Source: the human T2T-CHM13v2.0 reference genome, Homo sapiens. Taken from it: 64,000 bases of DNA. Below the pieces are notes generated by a model. The model saw nothing but the letters and a program-made list of their open reading frames with translations, was not told the DNA's origin and did not search any database. Each line of letters begins with the position of its first letter. Position 1 is the first letter of the stretch. The position numbers and the translations under genes were made by a program. Shown in pieces: positions 1-14,745 of this stretch. The DNA is taken from the NCBI RefSeq assembly GCF_009914755.1, contig NC_060934.1. The stretch is one strand, 5' to 3'.

Positions 1-829
1 GAGAGTTCTGATGCATAGCCTAGTTGAAAAGCATTTCTAGAGTGATTTTGTAACCACTGTGCTGCCATTTAACGAATTTCCTCGTTTTTGACTCATAGTT
101 AATAAATTATCACTATTAATATGCATTTTTTTGTGTACAGGTAATATAATATGTTCATCAAGATGGTAAGCTCCTTGAAGAAAAGCACCGTGGTTTATCA
201 TTCTATCTGTTTTGCTGAGACCACTTAGCACTGGGATGAGTATGGAATAGCTTGGAATGACTTTCAATGTGAGTGAAATGTCTGGCAGGAAAAGGCAGGC
301 TTTGAGAGGCTCCCCAGGAGGGCACAGCCCACTGCTCTGAGGAGTGGAATAAATTCTTGGAGGCAGGATGGGCCAGTGAAAACTCTCTGTGCAGACCCTG
401 GTGACATCATCTGCTAGCTACATGTCCTTAGTATCTTAATGTCCCTACATCCATAGCTATAAAATACCGTACTGGGGGCCTGACAATAAAGAAAACAACA
501 CATGGCACAGGGACATTTCAGGGAGATGGCATTTTAGGAGAAATGGAACGCCAACTCACCCGGACCCTGGTCATTTCTTACTCCCAGAGGGGATGGATTC
601 CTGGAAAGGCAGAGTTAGGGAAAGAGAAAAAGCCATGAAAATCAAGTCCAGCAAGACTGCGGGGAAAAAGTTACTCCGCTCCTGCCTCTGACGCTTCTTC
701 AGTCACTTCCACCCACACTCCCTCCATCAGGTGAGAGGTGAAGCATTTTCTGTCACCACCTTCATCTCTCTCCACAGGGCTTTCGATTAAACAAGCCAAG
801 TTTTCCCCCCAAAACCAAGAGGCTAGGTA

Positions 830-1660
830 AATTCCGCAGCCGCCGGCAGCTCGAAGCCGTGCCCATTTCCTCTGACTTTCCCGATCTCTGTCCTAAAGTT
901 CTAGTTAAGAGGAGAAGCTTCTCGGGATGGATTTCGGTTGCCCAAGACGCCTTCCCCGACCTCATTCTCAGGAGCCTGGCTCGTTCCTGCGGTGCGGGGG
1001 CTCAGATGCAAGCTCTTTTCAGCGAAGGCAGTGCTGCGGACAGAAACCTCAGTCTCTTACAGGAGCCCCCGTCCGTCGCCTAACGTCCACCGAAAACCCC
1101 CCTGCAATAACGCCCGTCACAGGCGAGGAAAAGGCCGGCGTGGCCAACCACGAAGCCCCCAGCCGGCCCAGGCCAGAGCTCGGCCAGGAGGGAGGAGGGG
1201 CCATCGGAGGCGCGGCCGCTCAGCTGCAGGGCCCCACAGGCTTCGGTGTGGCCGCAGCCCGGCCCCGGGGGCGCAGCAGCTCGGAAATGCGGCGCCGGGA
1301 CACACGTGCCGCCGCGGGCCGCGCCTCCGCTGGTCGCGTGCCCTACCATCGCCGCCCTCCCGGCTTCCGCAGCTCGGCGGCCCAGCGCCTTACCCGCGGC
1401 ACACCCATTTCCTGACCCCTGAACGCCTCTGCCAGCGGCTGGGGAAGCCCGGCCAGTCTCACCTCCCACGTGGAACCCCACGCCTGCAGGGGCCAGATTC
1501 CGGATGCTGACCGCTCGCGCGCCTAGGGCCCCGAAATACAAGTCCCAGCAAGCCGCGGGCGAACCACGCCCACTTCCGGCGCGGGCCCCTGAACTCTGCG
1601 CTGTGCGGAGCGGGATTCTTGGGCGGAGGGGACCATCTTTGAGTCAGCGACGCGTGTATT
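830..1660 (-). promoter_or_regulatory. ZNF239: CpG-island promoter and non-coding first exon of a leftward gene, probably ZNF239
   Basis: Very GC/CpG-rich. GC box CCACGCCC lies next to an ETS site CACTTCCGG (~1564-1579). Minus-strand donors: GCGG|GTAAGG (~1393), GGAG|GTGAGA (~1463), CCGG|GTGAGT (~559). The gene name is inferred only from recalled synteny with ZNF485; no coding sequence is in the window. Confidence 0.7.
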
Positions 1661-2323
1661 CAAGTCCTCCTCCTCGTTTTTTATTACAAACAAATAAGAA
1701 TTATTTTAGGAATACCTGTTAAGGTGATTTTCATTTGTTAAAATACTATTGGGGGAAAAGGATGTAAATACCCATAATTTCATCTTTACCTTTCAAAACA
1801 TTCTGAAGTGAATATTTGCCATTCGGCATCTTCCATCTCACCTCTGAAGTTCATCCATTTAACAGATATTAATTGAGAGCCAACTGTGTACCAGGAGCTG
1901 TTCAAGATGCTTGCACAAAAGTCACTGCCCTATTCTAGTTGGGGAAACAAGCAATCCATAAATATAGTAAATATATGGCGTCGTGTGTGTCATGAGGTGG
2001 TACTGAAAGCATAGAGCTGGGCGGGGTGTGGCGAGGTGCGTTTGTGGGTGTGTAGGACTGGAGGTGTACTTTGCAATTTTAAATAGGGGATCTTGGAACA
2101 AACACAGGAGGTGAGGGAATTAGACAAGTGGCTCCCAGCAGTCAGAACTCTCCTAAACGCACACAAGGGTTGTTGATACCAGGATTTTACGTTTATTTCA
2201 CTTCTCACCGAGTGACACAGAGCTACCCATTTGGTCTTTTCCCAATTCCTTTCTTTCAGATTTATTTTGGAGAGGAAAGAGATGTTGCCTGGACCTCTCT
2301 TCTACATCCTCCCCCTTCCTTGG

Positions 2324-2815
2324 TGTATTAGTTTCCAATTGCTGTCACAACAAATTAACACAAACTTAGTAGTATAACAAACATGTATTCTCTTAAACTT
2401 CTGGAGGTGCCAAGTCTGAAATCAAGTTTTACTGGGCTTTATAAAGTCAGTGTTGGTGGGGCTAGTTCCTCCTGGAGGTTCTAGATGAGAATATTTCTTT
2501 GCCTTTTCCAGTTCCCAGTGACTATTTGCATTCCTTGGCTTATGGCTCGCTCCTTTATCTTCAAAGTGCATGACTGCAACCTCTGCCTTCATCATCACAT
2601 CACATGCTCAGGCACTGGCTCCTCGTGGGTCCTTCTAATAACGACTGTTGTGATTACATCAGGCCCAGCTGGCTAATCTGGGATAATCTCTTGACGTCAA
2701 GATCCTTAATTTAATCACATTTCAAAAAAAATCCCTCTTGCCATAGAAATTAACATCCACAGCTTCTGGGGGTTAGGACATGGACATATTTGGGGGACTA
2801 TTATTTTCAGCCTGC
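2324..2815 (-). mobile_element. MLT1-type MaLR solo LTR, flanked by L2 remnants (~1850-2110, ~2830-3330, ~3620-4070)
   Basis: Begins TGTATTAGTTTCC...ACAAACTTAGT and ends ...GGACATATTTGGGGGA, resembling reverse MLT1C/D. Confidence 0.7.
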
Positions 2816-3329
2816 GATGCTTGGAGAGGCCCACGTCCCCTTCGGTCTCCTCCTCAGAGATGCTGTCTTACCTTTTGCCTGGGGAACACAAAATGTCTCC
2901 CTTGGACCTTACTCCTCTCCTCATTCTTCATTGGAAAACCACAGAGCTTTTCCCTATTTAGATTTACCACCCTTGCCCTGACCTTCACTTCCTCATGTGC
3001 TCACTTCTCTCCTCACTCAATTTAAGAGGCCATGGAGCATGGTTATGGCCAGTCCTGTGTATGTGCCGTTACCCTTAACTCTCTTGTCCCAGTCTTTCTT
3101 GGTTTTATTCTCTTGATGGAAACCCAAATCTGCTTGAATCCAGTTCCTGGCCTGCGCCTGTACGGCAGAGGTTGTTTGAGAAAACCACATGGCTGGGATG
3201 ATTGGTTTCATTTTCAGTTTATAACCATTAAGTTCAAGTGGGCCCTTCACGCTGCCTGGCTATCCTTCTACATTTCTTAGTCCATCCATTCTCCTAAATG
3301 ACTATTTCACAGGTTCTACTCTCTTTTCA

Positions 3330-3615
3330 TTATTTATTTATTTATTTTTTTGAGCCAGGCTGGAGTTCAGTAGTGCGATCTTGGCTGACTGCAATCTCTG
3401 CTTCCTGGGCACAAGCAACCCTCCCACCTCAGCCTCCTAAGTAGCTGGGACTATAGGCTTGCGCCACCACACCAGGCTAATTTTTGTATTTTTTTTTTTA
3501 AGAGATGAAGTTTCACCATGTTGTTCGGGCTGGTCTCCACCTCCTGGGATCAAGCGATCGTCCCACCTCAGCCTCCCAAAGTGCTGGGATTACAGGCTGA
3601 GCCACCATGCCTGGT
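3330..3615 (-). mobile_element. Alu (AluJ-like)
   Basis: T-rich tail, then reverse Alu body ending CCCAAAGTGCTGGGATTACAGG...GCCACCATGCCTGG. Confidence 0.9.
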
Positions 3616-4370
3616 CTTCTACTCTCTTTTCAAGCCGCCAACAACTCCTCCCATCTCACTGAGTGCTGATGACTTTGCTTTCTGTTACTGAGTAAAGAGA
3701 ACTTCTATACCGCCTCACAGGCACATCTGCCCTCCTCTCTGCATTAGAAACTGTATGCTCTACTTTTCATTCTGAGTCACTGGCCCTAGTTCCTATATGA
3801 GAAAATTCTTTTGCACCCTGGATGTTAAATGCTTTCTCATGAATGAGGTCCTTCTCTCTCTTCTGTATTTCAAGATTTTCATTCTGTACTGAATTATCAG
3901 CATACTAATGAATACACTGTAATATTGTCCATAAAATAAATAAAACCCCTTACCTTGCACCCTATTTCTCTCCAGCCACTACCTCATTTCTCTGCTTTGC
4001 TTTACAGCAAAACTCCTAAAAAAATTGTCCCTAAGGGATGTTTCCAATTTCTTTTCTCCCATATTCTCTCTTTTTTCACATGCAAAACCCAAAATTTAAT
4101 TTTTAACTTAATTTTAAAAATTGGTATATAATAGATGCACATATTTTGGGGGTACATGTGATAATTTGATTAATATTATGTGTAAAGATCAAAGCAGGGA
4201 AATTGGGATATCTATCGCCAAGTATTTGTCTTTTCTGTATGCCGGAAATATTCAAATGATTCTCTTCTGGCTATTTTGAAATGTACAGTAGGTTAATGTT
4301 AACCATAGCTAACCTACTGGTTTATTGAACACCAGGTCTTATTTTTTCTGTCTAACTGTGTATTACACCT

Positions 4371-4755
4371 TGGTATGTTTTGGCTCTGTGTCCCCACCCA
4401 AATCTCATCTTGAATTGTAATTCCCACGTGTTGAGGGAGGGACCTGTAATTCCCACAAGTGGAGGGAGGGAGGTGATTGGATCACAAGGGGCAGTTTCCC
4501 CCATGGTGTTCTCATGACAGTGAGTGAGCTCTCACAAGATCTGATGGTTTGTGAGATATGTTTGGAAGTTCCTCCTTTGTTCTTCTCTCTCCTGCCACCT
4601 TGTGAAGAAGGTGACTGCTTCTTCTTCCAACATGATTGTAAGTTTCCTGAGGCCTCCCCAGCCATGTGGAAGTGTGAGTCAATTAAACCTCTTTTCTTTA
4701 TAAATTACCCAGTCTCAGGCATTTTTTTATAGCAGTGTGAAAAAAGACTAATACA
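4371..4755 (+). mobile_element. THE1/MSTA MaLR solo LTR inside L1
   Basis: TGGCTCTGTGTCCCCACCCAAATCTCATCTTGAATTGTAA start, ATTAAACCTCTTTTCTTTATAAATTACCCAG, and GACTAATACA end. Confidence 0.9.
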
Positions 4756-6258
4756 TACCCCTTAACCAGCCTCTATTCAGACCCCTACCTCTACTCTTTC
4801 TGAACTCTGGTTACCACCAATCTACTCTCTATCTTCATGAAATCCACTTGTTTTTTTGTTTAGCTCCCACGTATGAGTGAGAATATGCAATATTTGTCTT
4901 TTTGTGCTTGGCTTGTTTACTTAACATCATGGCCTCTAGTTCCACCCATATTGCTGCAAATGACAGGATTTCATTCTTGTTTATGACTGAATAATATTCC
5001 GTTATGTACATACACCACATTTCTTTATCCATTCATCCATTGATGGCCACTTAGGTTGATTCCATATTTTGGATATTGTGAATATTGTTGCAGTAAACAT
5101 GGGAATGCAGATAGCTCTTTAGTATATTGATTCCTTTTCTTTGGGATATATACCCAGTAGTGGATTTGCTGGATCATATGGTAATTCTATTTTTAGTTTT
5201 CTGAGGAGCCTCCATACTGTTCTCCATAGTGGTTGTACTAATTTACATTCCCATCAACAGTGTACAATGATTCCCCTTTCTCCAAATCCTCGCCAGCATC
5301 TGTTATTCCCTGTTTTTCAGATAAAAGTCATTTTAACTGTGGTGAGAAGATAGCTCATTGTGCTTTTGATTTGCATTTTTCTCATGATTAGTGATGTTTA
5401 ACATTCTTTTATATACCTGTTAGCAATTTTATGTCTTCTTTTGAGAAATGTTTATTCGGATCTCTTTTGTCCATTTTTAAACTGGATTATTTGTGTTTTT
5501 ACTATAAAGTTGTTGGAGCTCCTTGTATATTCTGGTTATTAATCCCTTGTCAGGTGGATAGGTTGTGGTATTTTCTCCTATTCTGTGGGGTTGTCTGTTC
5601 ACTTTGTTGGTTGTTTCCTTTGCTGTGCGGAAGCTTTTTAGTTTGATGTAATTCCATTTGTCTATTTTTGCCTTTGTTGCCTATGCTTTTGAGGTCTTAC
5701 ACAAAAAATTTTTTGCCCAGACCAATGCCCTAGAGTGTTTCCTCAATGTTTTCTTCTAGTAGATTCATAGTTTCAGGATTTAGATTTAAGTCTTTAATCC
5801 ATTTTATTTGATTTTTGTTTATGGTGAGAGATAGGGGTCTCGTTTCATTCTTCTGCATATGGTTATTCAGTTTCCCAGCATCATTTATTGAAAAGACTGT
5901 CCCTTTCTCCAACGTATGTTATTGGTTCCTTTGTTGAAAATGAGTTGGCTGTAAGTGCATGGATTTGTATCTGGGTTCTCTATTCTGTTCCATTCGACTG
6001 TTTGTCTGTTTTTATGCCAGTCCCGTACTGATTTGGTTACTATAGCTTCATACTATATTTTGAAATCAGGTATTATGCTATCTTCAGCTTTGTTCTTTTT
6101 GCTCAGGATTGCATTGGCTATTTGGGGTCTTTTGTGGTTCCACATAAATTTTAGGATTTTTTTCCTATTTCTGTGAAGAATGTTTTCTGTGAAGAATGTT
6201 ATTGGTATTTTGTTAGGAATTGCATTGAATGTACAAATTGCTTTGAGTAGTATTGTCT

Positions 6259-6557
6259 TTTTTTTTTTTTTTTTTGAGACAGAGTCTCTCTTTGTCACCC
6301 AAGCTGGAGTGCAGTGGTGTGATCTCAGCTCACTGCAACTTCTGCCTCCTGGGTTCAAGTGATTCTCCTGCCTCAGCCTCCTGAGTAGCAGGGGCTACAG
6401 GCGCCCGCTGCCACACCTGGCTAATTTTTTGTATTTTAGTAGAGACAGAGTTTCACCGTGTTGCCTAGGCTGGTCTTGAACTCCTGAGCTCAGGCAATCC
6501 ACCTGCCTCGGCCTCCCAAAGTACTAGGATTACAGGCGTGAGCAACCACACCCGGCC
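6259..6557 (-). mobile_element. AluS inside L1, with TSD
   Basis: Full reverse Alu; AGTAGTATTGTCT repeated at 6246-6258 and 6558-6570. Confidence 0.95.
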
Positions 6558-8125
6558 AGTAGTATTGTCTTTTTAACAATACCAGTTCTTCCAGTCCATG
6601 AGCATGGACTATCTTTCCATATTTTGGTGTCCTCTTCAATTTTTTTCATCAGTGTTTTATAGTTTTCCTTGTATCGATCTTTTACTTCTTTGGTTAAATT
6701 GGTTCCTATGTATTTTATATTCTTTGTAGCTATTGTAAATGGGGACAAATTGTAAATAAAAAAATGCTTTTTGATTTCTTTTTCAGATTGTTTGCTGTTG
6801 ATGTATATAAATGCTACTGATTTTTGTATGTTGATTTTGTATCCTGGAACTTTACTGAATTTGTCAGTTCAAAGAGTTTTTTGGTAGAGTTTTTAGGATT
6901 TTCTAAATATAAGATCACATTGTCTGCCAACAAGTCTAACTTGACTTCTTCCTTTCTAGTTCAGATGCCCTTTATTTTTTCTCTCAGCTAATTGCTCTAG
7001 CCAGGACTTCCAGAATTATACTGAATAAAAGTGGTGAAAGTGGGGATCTTTGTCTGGCTCCAGATGTTAGAGAAAGGATTTTCAATTTTTCCCCATTAAG
7101 TATGATGTTGGCTTTGGGTTTGTCTAATATATGGCTTGTATTACTTTGAGGTATGGGATACCCCCAGTTTGTTGAGCATTTTTATCATAAAGGGATGTTA
7201 AATTTTATTGAATGCTTTCTCAGCATCTATTGAAATTATATGGCTTCTGTTCTTGGTTCTGTAAATGCAATGTATCACATTAATGTATCATGTAAATCAA
7301 TAAATGTTTATTAAATAATGTATAACATAAATCAATAAATGCTTAATATTTCTTGATTTATGTATGTTGAACCATCTTTGCATTTCTGGGATGAATCCCA
7401 CTTGACCATGGTGAATGATCTTTTTAATCTGTTGTTGAATTCAGTTTGCTAGTATTTTGTTCAGGATTTTTGCATCTACATTTATCAGTGTTATTAGCTT
7501 CTCATTTTCTTTTTTTTTGTGTGTGTCTGGTTTGATATCAGGGTAATGCTGGCCTCATAGAATGAGTTTGGAAGTATTTTCTCCTTTTCATTTTTTTGAA
7601 GAGTTTGAGTAGAGTTGGTATTAGTTCTTTAAATGTTTGGTAGAATTCAGCAGTGAAGCCACCTGGACTTTTCTTTGATGGGAGACTTTATTACAGCTTT
7701 GATCTCATTACTTGTTATTGGCTTGTTGATGTTTTCTTTCCTTCATGGTTCAGACTTGGCAGGTTCTATGTGTCCAATTTATCCATTTATTCTAGGTTTT
7801 CCAATTTGTTGTTGTATAGTTGTTTATAGTCTCTAATGTTTCTTTGTATTTCTGTGGTCTCAGTTATTTAGTCTCCTTTTGTTGTTTCTGGTTTTATGTA
7901 TTTGGGTCTTCTCTCTTTTTTCCTTAGACTTGCTAAAGGTTTGTCGATTTTATCTTTTCAAAAAACTAATTGTTTTGTTGATATTCTGTATATATATATA
8001 TATATTTTACCTCAACTTCATTTATTTCTGCTCTGATAGTTATTGTTTCTTCCCTTCTAATTTTGGATTAAGTGTGTTCTTGCTTTTCTAGTTCCTTGGG
8101 GCACATTGTTAGATTTTTTATTTGA

Positions 8126-9425
<1,300 letters not shown>

Positions 9426-10372
9426 TTATGCAGCATTTGGGCAAATGTTATGTAGATGTTACTTAGGCCTATTAAGTATAGTGTGCAGTTTAATTGTGAT
9501 GTTACTCTATTGATTTTTTTTGTCTGTATGATTTATCCATTACTGAGACAGTCCCCTACTATTATTGTATTGCATGCCATCTCTCCCTTCAGACCTATTA
9601 ATGTTTGCTTTTTAAACTTGGGAGCTCTGGTGTTGCATGCAAATTTATAATTATTATATCCACTTGCTGAATTGATCCCTTTATCATTATATAGTGACCC
9701 CTTTTGTGTCTTTCTACAGTCTTATTTTGTATTCTATTTGATCTAAGTATAGTGAGTCCTGCTGTCTTTTGGTTTCCAGTTTCATGAAGCATCTTTTTCC
9801 ATCCCTTCACTTTCAGTCTATGCGTGTCTTCAGAGGTGAGGTGGGTTTCTTGTAGTAGCATATAGTTGGGTCTTATTTCTTTATCTACTCAGTCACTCTA
9901 ACCCTTTTAATTGGAGAATTGAGTCCATTTACATTCTGTTTTATTATTGATAAGAAAGGACTTACTACTGCCATTTTCTTGTTTGTTTTCTGGTTATTTT
10001 GTAATTTTGTCTTCCTTTCTTCCTTTCTTGTTGTCTTCTTTTGTGGCTACGTGATCTTCTTTGGTAGTATGTTTTAATTCGTTGTTTTTTTTACTTGCAG
10101 TGAATCTATTTTCTTTTTTTTTGCATTGTAGTTCCTGTGAGGAAACCAAAAAATGTATCTTACAGATATAACAAGTTATTTTAAACAGATGACAACTAAA
10201 CTTTGATCACAAAGAAAAGAAGATAAACAAAAAAGGAAAAAAAGACCAGTTCTACACTTTAACTCTATCCCCCCATTTTGACTTTTAGTTGTCTGAATTT
10301 ACATATATTTATATTACTTACCTCTTGACAGGTTGCTATAGCTATTATTGTTCATGACAAATCTATCATGCC

Positions 10373-10472
10373 TGTTGCGGTAAACTGAGGACCAGAGAGA
10401 CCGATATGGGGAATACAGGAGGATGTTTATTTAAGGAACTCACCAGCTCAGTGGATTCACATCCAAAAAGCT
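10373..10472 (-). repeat. Truncated 3' LTR (terminal ~100 bp only) of the ERV3-like provirus
   Basis: Aligns to 23445-23543 with about 8 mismatches; keeps minus-strand AATAAA at 10426-10431; joins env sequence directly. Confidence 0.9.
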
Positions 10473-11990
<1,518 letters not shown>

Positions 11991-13869
11991 AGGAGGTTGA
12001 GCACAGCAACAGAACAATAGGAAAACAGTTAGTATTACAAGGAAAACTACTAGTCCTAAGATTTCTAACCACCTTTACTTGCTTGATGAGTCCTCAAGCT
12101 TCAGCCATGTATAGACTAGTCAGCTTCCGGTGTATGACTAGAGCAGGGCTTGTTGTCTCCTCAAGTTTCAGCCATGAGTAGACTGGTCAGCTTCCGGAGT
12201 GACCACAGCAGGCTGGTTGTCTTTAACAGCAGCTTGGTCTCGTCTTAGGATCAGCGGGATTGGATGATCTGGGTCCTGCTGGCTGGTCCACTTGTCCTGA
12301 GCTTCCGGTTTCAGCAGACTGTGGTGGATCCAAGGCACAACACCTGCAACTTTAACAGCAGTGGGAGTGGACAAGATTATAGTATAGGGCCCATCCCATA
12401 TGGGTCCTAGAGAAGTTTGGTTCTACTTCTTAACCTAAACAAAATCTCCAGGTTTAAAGGGGTGTACTGGGTCTGTCAGGCTTATAGGTATTCTTTCATG
12501 TACCTAACTATGGACACTTTGCAAGGCTGTCCTTAAAACCTGCATTGGCTTTCTTAAGATTAATTCTCCTAGTTCACGGAGATCACCTTTAATTTGACCT
12601 ATGACTGGGGGAGGCCGACTGAACAAAATCTCATATGGTGAATTCTTAGTTGTTTGGTGGGGGTGCATCTGACTCAGAGGAGGACCATAGGCTAGACCTG
12701 ATACTATCTCAGATGAGTTTTTTGGCAATATTTCTTCAGTAGCTGCTTGAGTGTCCAGTTCATGCGTTCCACTTTTCCTGAACTTTGCGGCCAACAGGCT
12801 GTGTGTAACTTCCATTTTATTTTTAATAGTCTTATTAAATCTTGCACTATTTCAGCTACAAATGCCAGCCTATTGTCTGATCCTAAAGATAGAGGCAGTC
12901 CAAACTTGGGGATAATGTCTTTTAGCAGTACTTTGGTCACTACTCGTGCTTTTTCTGTTTTGGTGGGGAAAGCCTCAACCTATCCTGAAAAGATGCAAAT
13001 AAGCAGTAGCATATACTGACAGCCTCCAGCACGGGGCAGTTCGGTAAAGTCTATAAGCAAGTTTTCACAAGGCGTGGCTCCTACTTCCTGAATTCCTGGG
13101 GGCCAAGTGGGCCCCTGTCATGGGTTGTTCTGAGCACAGGTTAAGCATTGTTCACCAATGGCTTGAGTGATAGCAGAGAGCTGTGGCACATAGAAATGGC
13201 ATTTCAGTAACGTTTCTAGTGCCGTTTTTCCCATATGAGTTCCTTGATGAATTTGCTTCACAAACTTAGGAGCTAACATCACTGGAATGGCTAATCTCTT
13301 ATCGAATAATTTCTACCACCTTCCTTTAATATATTTTCTAGCTTCCTGGGCAAACCAGGCTCTTTCATTTGGAGTATAACTTGGGTCCCTTGGAGAGGAG
13401 GTTCTGGCAGGAGAGGCATAGCTAAGGCTTCCTCTTGAAAATGCGGTGTAATCATTGCTGCCTGCTTTGCCTCTCTGTCTGCCTGTTTCCTTTGGCTTCT
13501 GGCGTCCCTGCCTTTTGGTGTCCTCTGCAGTGCATTACAGCTACTTTTTCTGGAGCCTATACAGCCTCCAAGAGCTGTAGAATTTCTTCCTTGTACTTTA
13601 TTTCTTTGCCTCCAGCTGTTAAAAGTCCTCTCTCTTTGTATATAGCTTCATGTACATGCAATGTAGTAAAAGCATACTTAGAATCAGTGTAAATATTAAC
13701 CTTCTTGTCTCTGCTAACACAGTGCTCTTGTCAGGGCTATTAATTCTGCCTTTTGAGCATGTTGGGAATAGGCCCCCAAATCTGGCCATAAACAAAATCT
13801 CTGCAGGCCTGTGACATGTTCACAAGGGCAATGACACCCATGCTGAAGGTTGTTGGTTTACTGGGTCAT

Positions 13870-14745
13870 TTCCGGCTGAGGCCACTCCCTCACCCCTGTA
13901 CAATATCTGTCCCCCAACACAGCCGGTAGTGCTGCAGTAGATTTATGCTGCACAAAAGCTGTGAGCCTTCTGCCTGGGGAACCCCTGCAAAAAGTTCCAA
14001 CAGGGGTCTGTGGACCCTTGCCAGCGGGGATGATAGGATTACTTCTAGGTAGATCTAGTTTAAATTTAAAAGGAGTGCAAGTACATACAGGAGTCACTGA
14101 TTCAGATTACAATGGGGAAATTCAAATTGTTATATCTACTTCTGTTCCCTGGAAAGCAGAGCCAGGAGAGCGTATAGCACAGCTCCTGATTGTGCCATAT
14201 GTGGAAATGGGGAAAAGTGAAATTAAACAAACAGGAGTATTTAGAAACACAGATAAACAAGGCAAAGCAGCTTATTGAGTGAATCAAATTACTGGTAAAC
14301 ATCCTACTTGTGAAATAACTATTCAGGGAAAGAAATTTAAAGGTTTGCTAGATACAGGAGTGGACAATTCAATCATTTCTCTACAGCACTGGCTGTCCAT
14401 GTGGCCAATTCAACCTGCTCAATTTAACATGGTTGGAGTTGATAAAGCCCCTGAAATATATCAAAGTAGTTATATTTTGCATTATGAAGGGCCTGATGGA
14501 CAACCTGGGACTATTGAACCAATTGTAACTTCTCTACCTATAAATTTATAGGGAAGAGATTTATTACAACAATGGGGAGCACAAGTTCTAATTCCAGAGC
14601 AATTATATGGCCCTCAAAGTCAACATATGATGCATGAAATGGGGTATGTCCTTGGTATGGGACTAGAAAAAAATTTGCAAGTTTTGAAGGAACCGCTTCA
14701 CACAGAAAGACAAAGTTCCTGCCAAGGTTTAGGATATCATTTTTG
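13870..14745 (+). pseudogene. HML-3 pro remnant: dUTPase, aspartic protease, G-patch
   Basis: GLLLGRSSL..GVTDSDYNGEIQI (dUTPase motifs); FKGLLDTGVD (protease); [13 protein letters not shown] (G-patch-like). In-frame stops at 14276 and 14549. Confidence 0.9.

Noticed and set aside
859-1722. Overlapping 60-190 aa ORFs on both strands
   Set aside because: Pro/Arg/Gly/Ala-rich products with no domain, expected from stop-codon scarcity in a CpG island.
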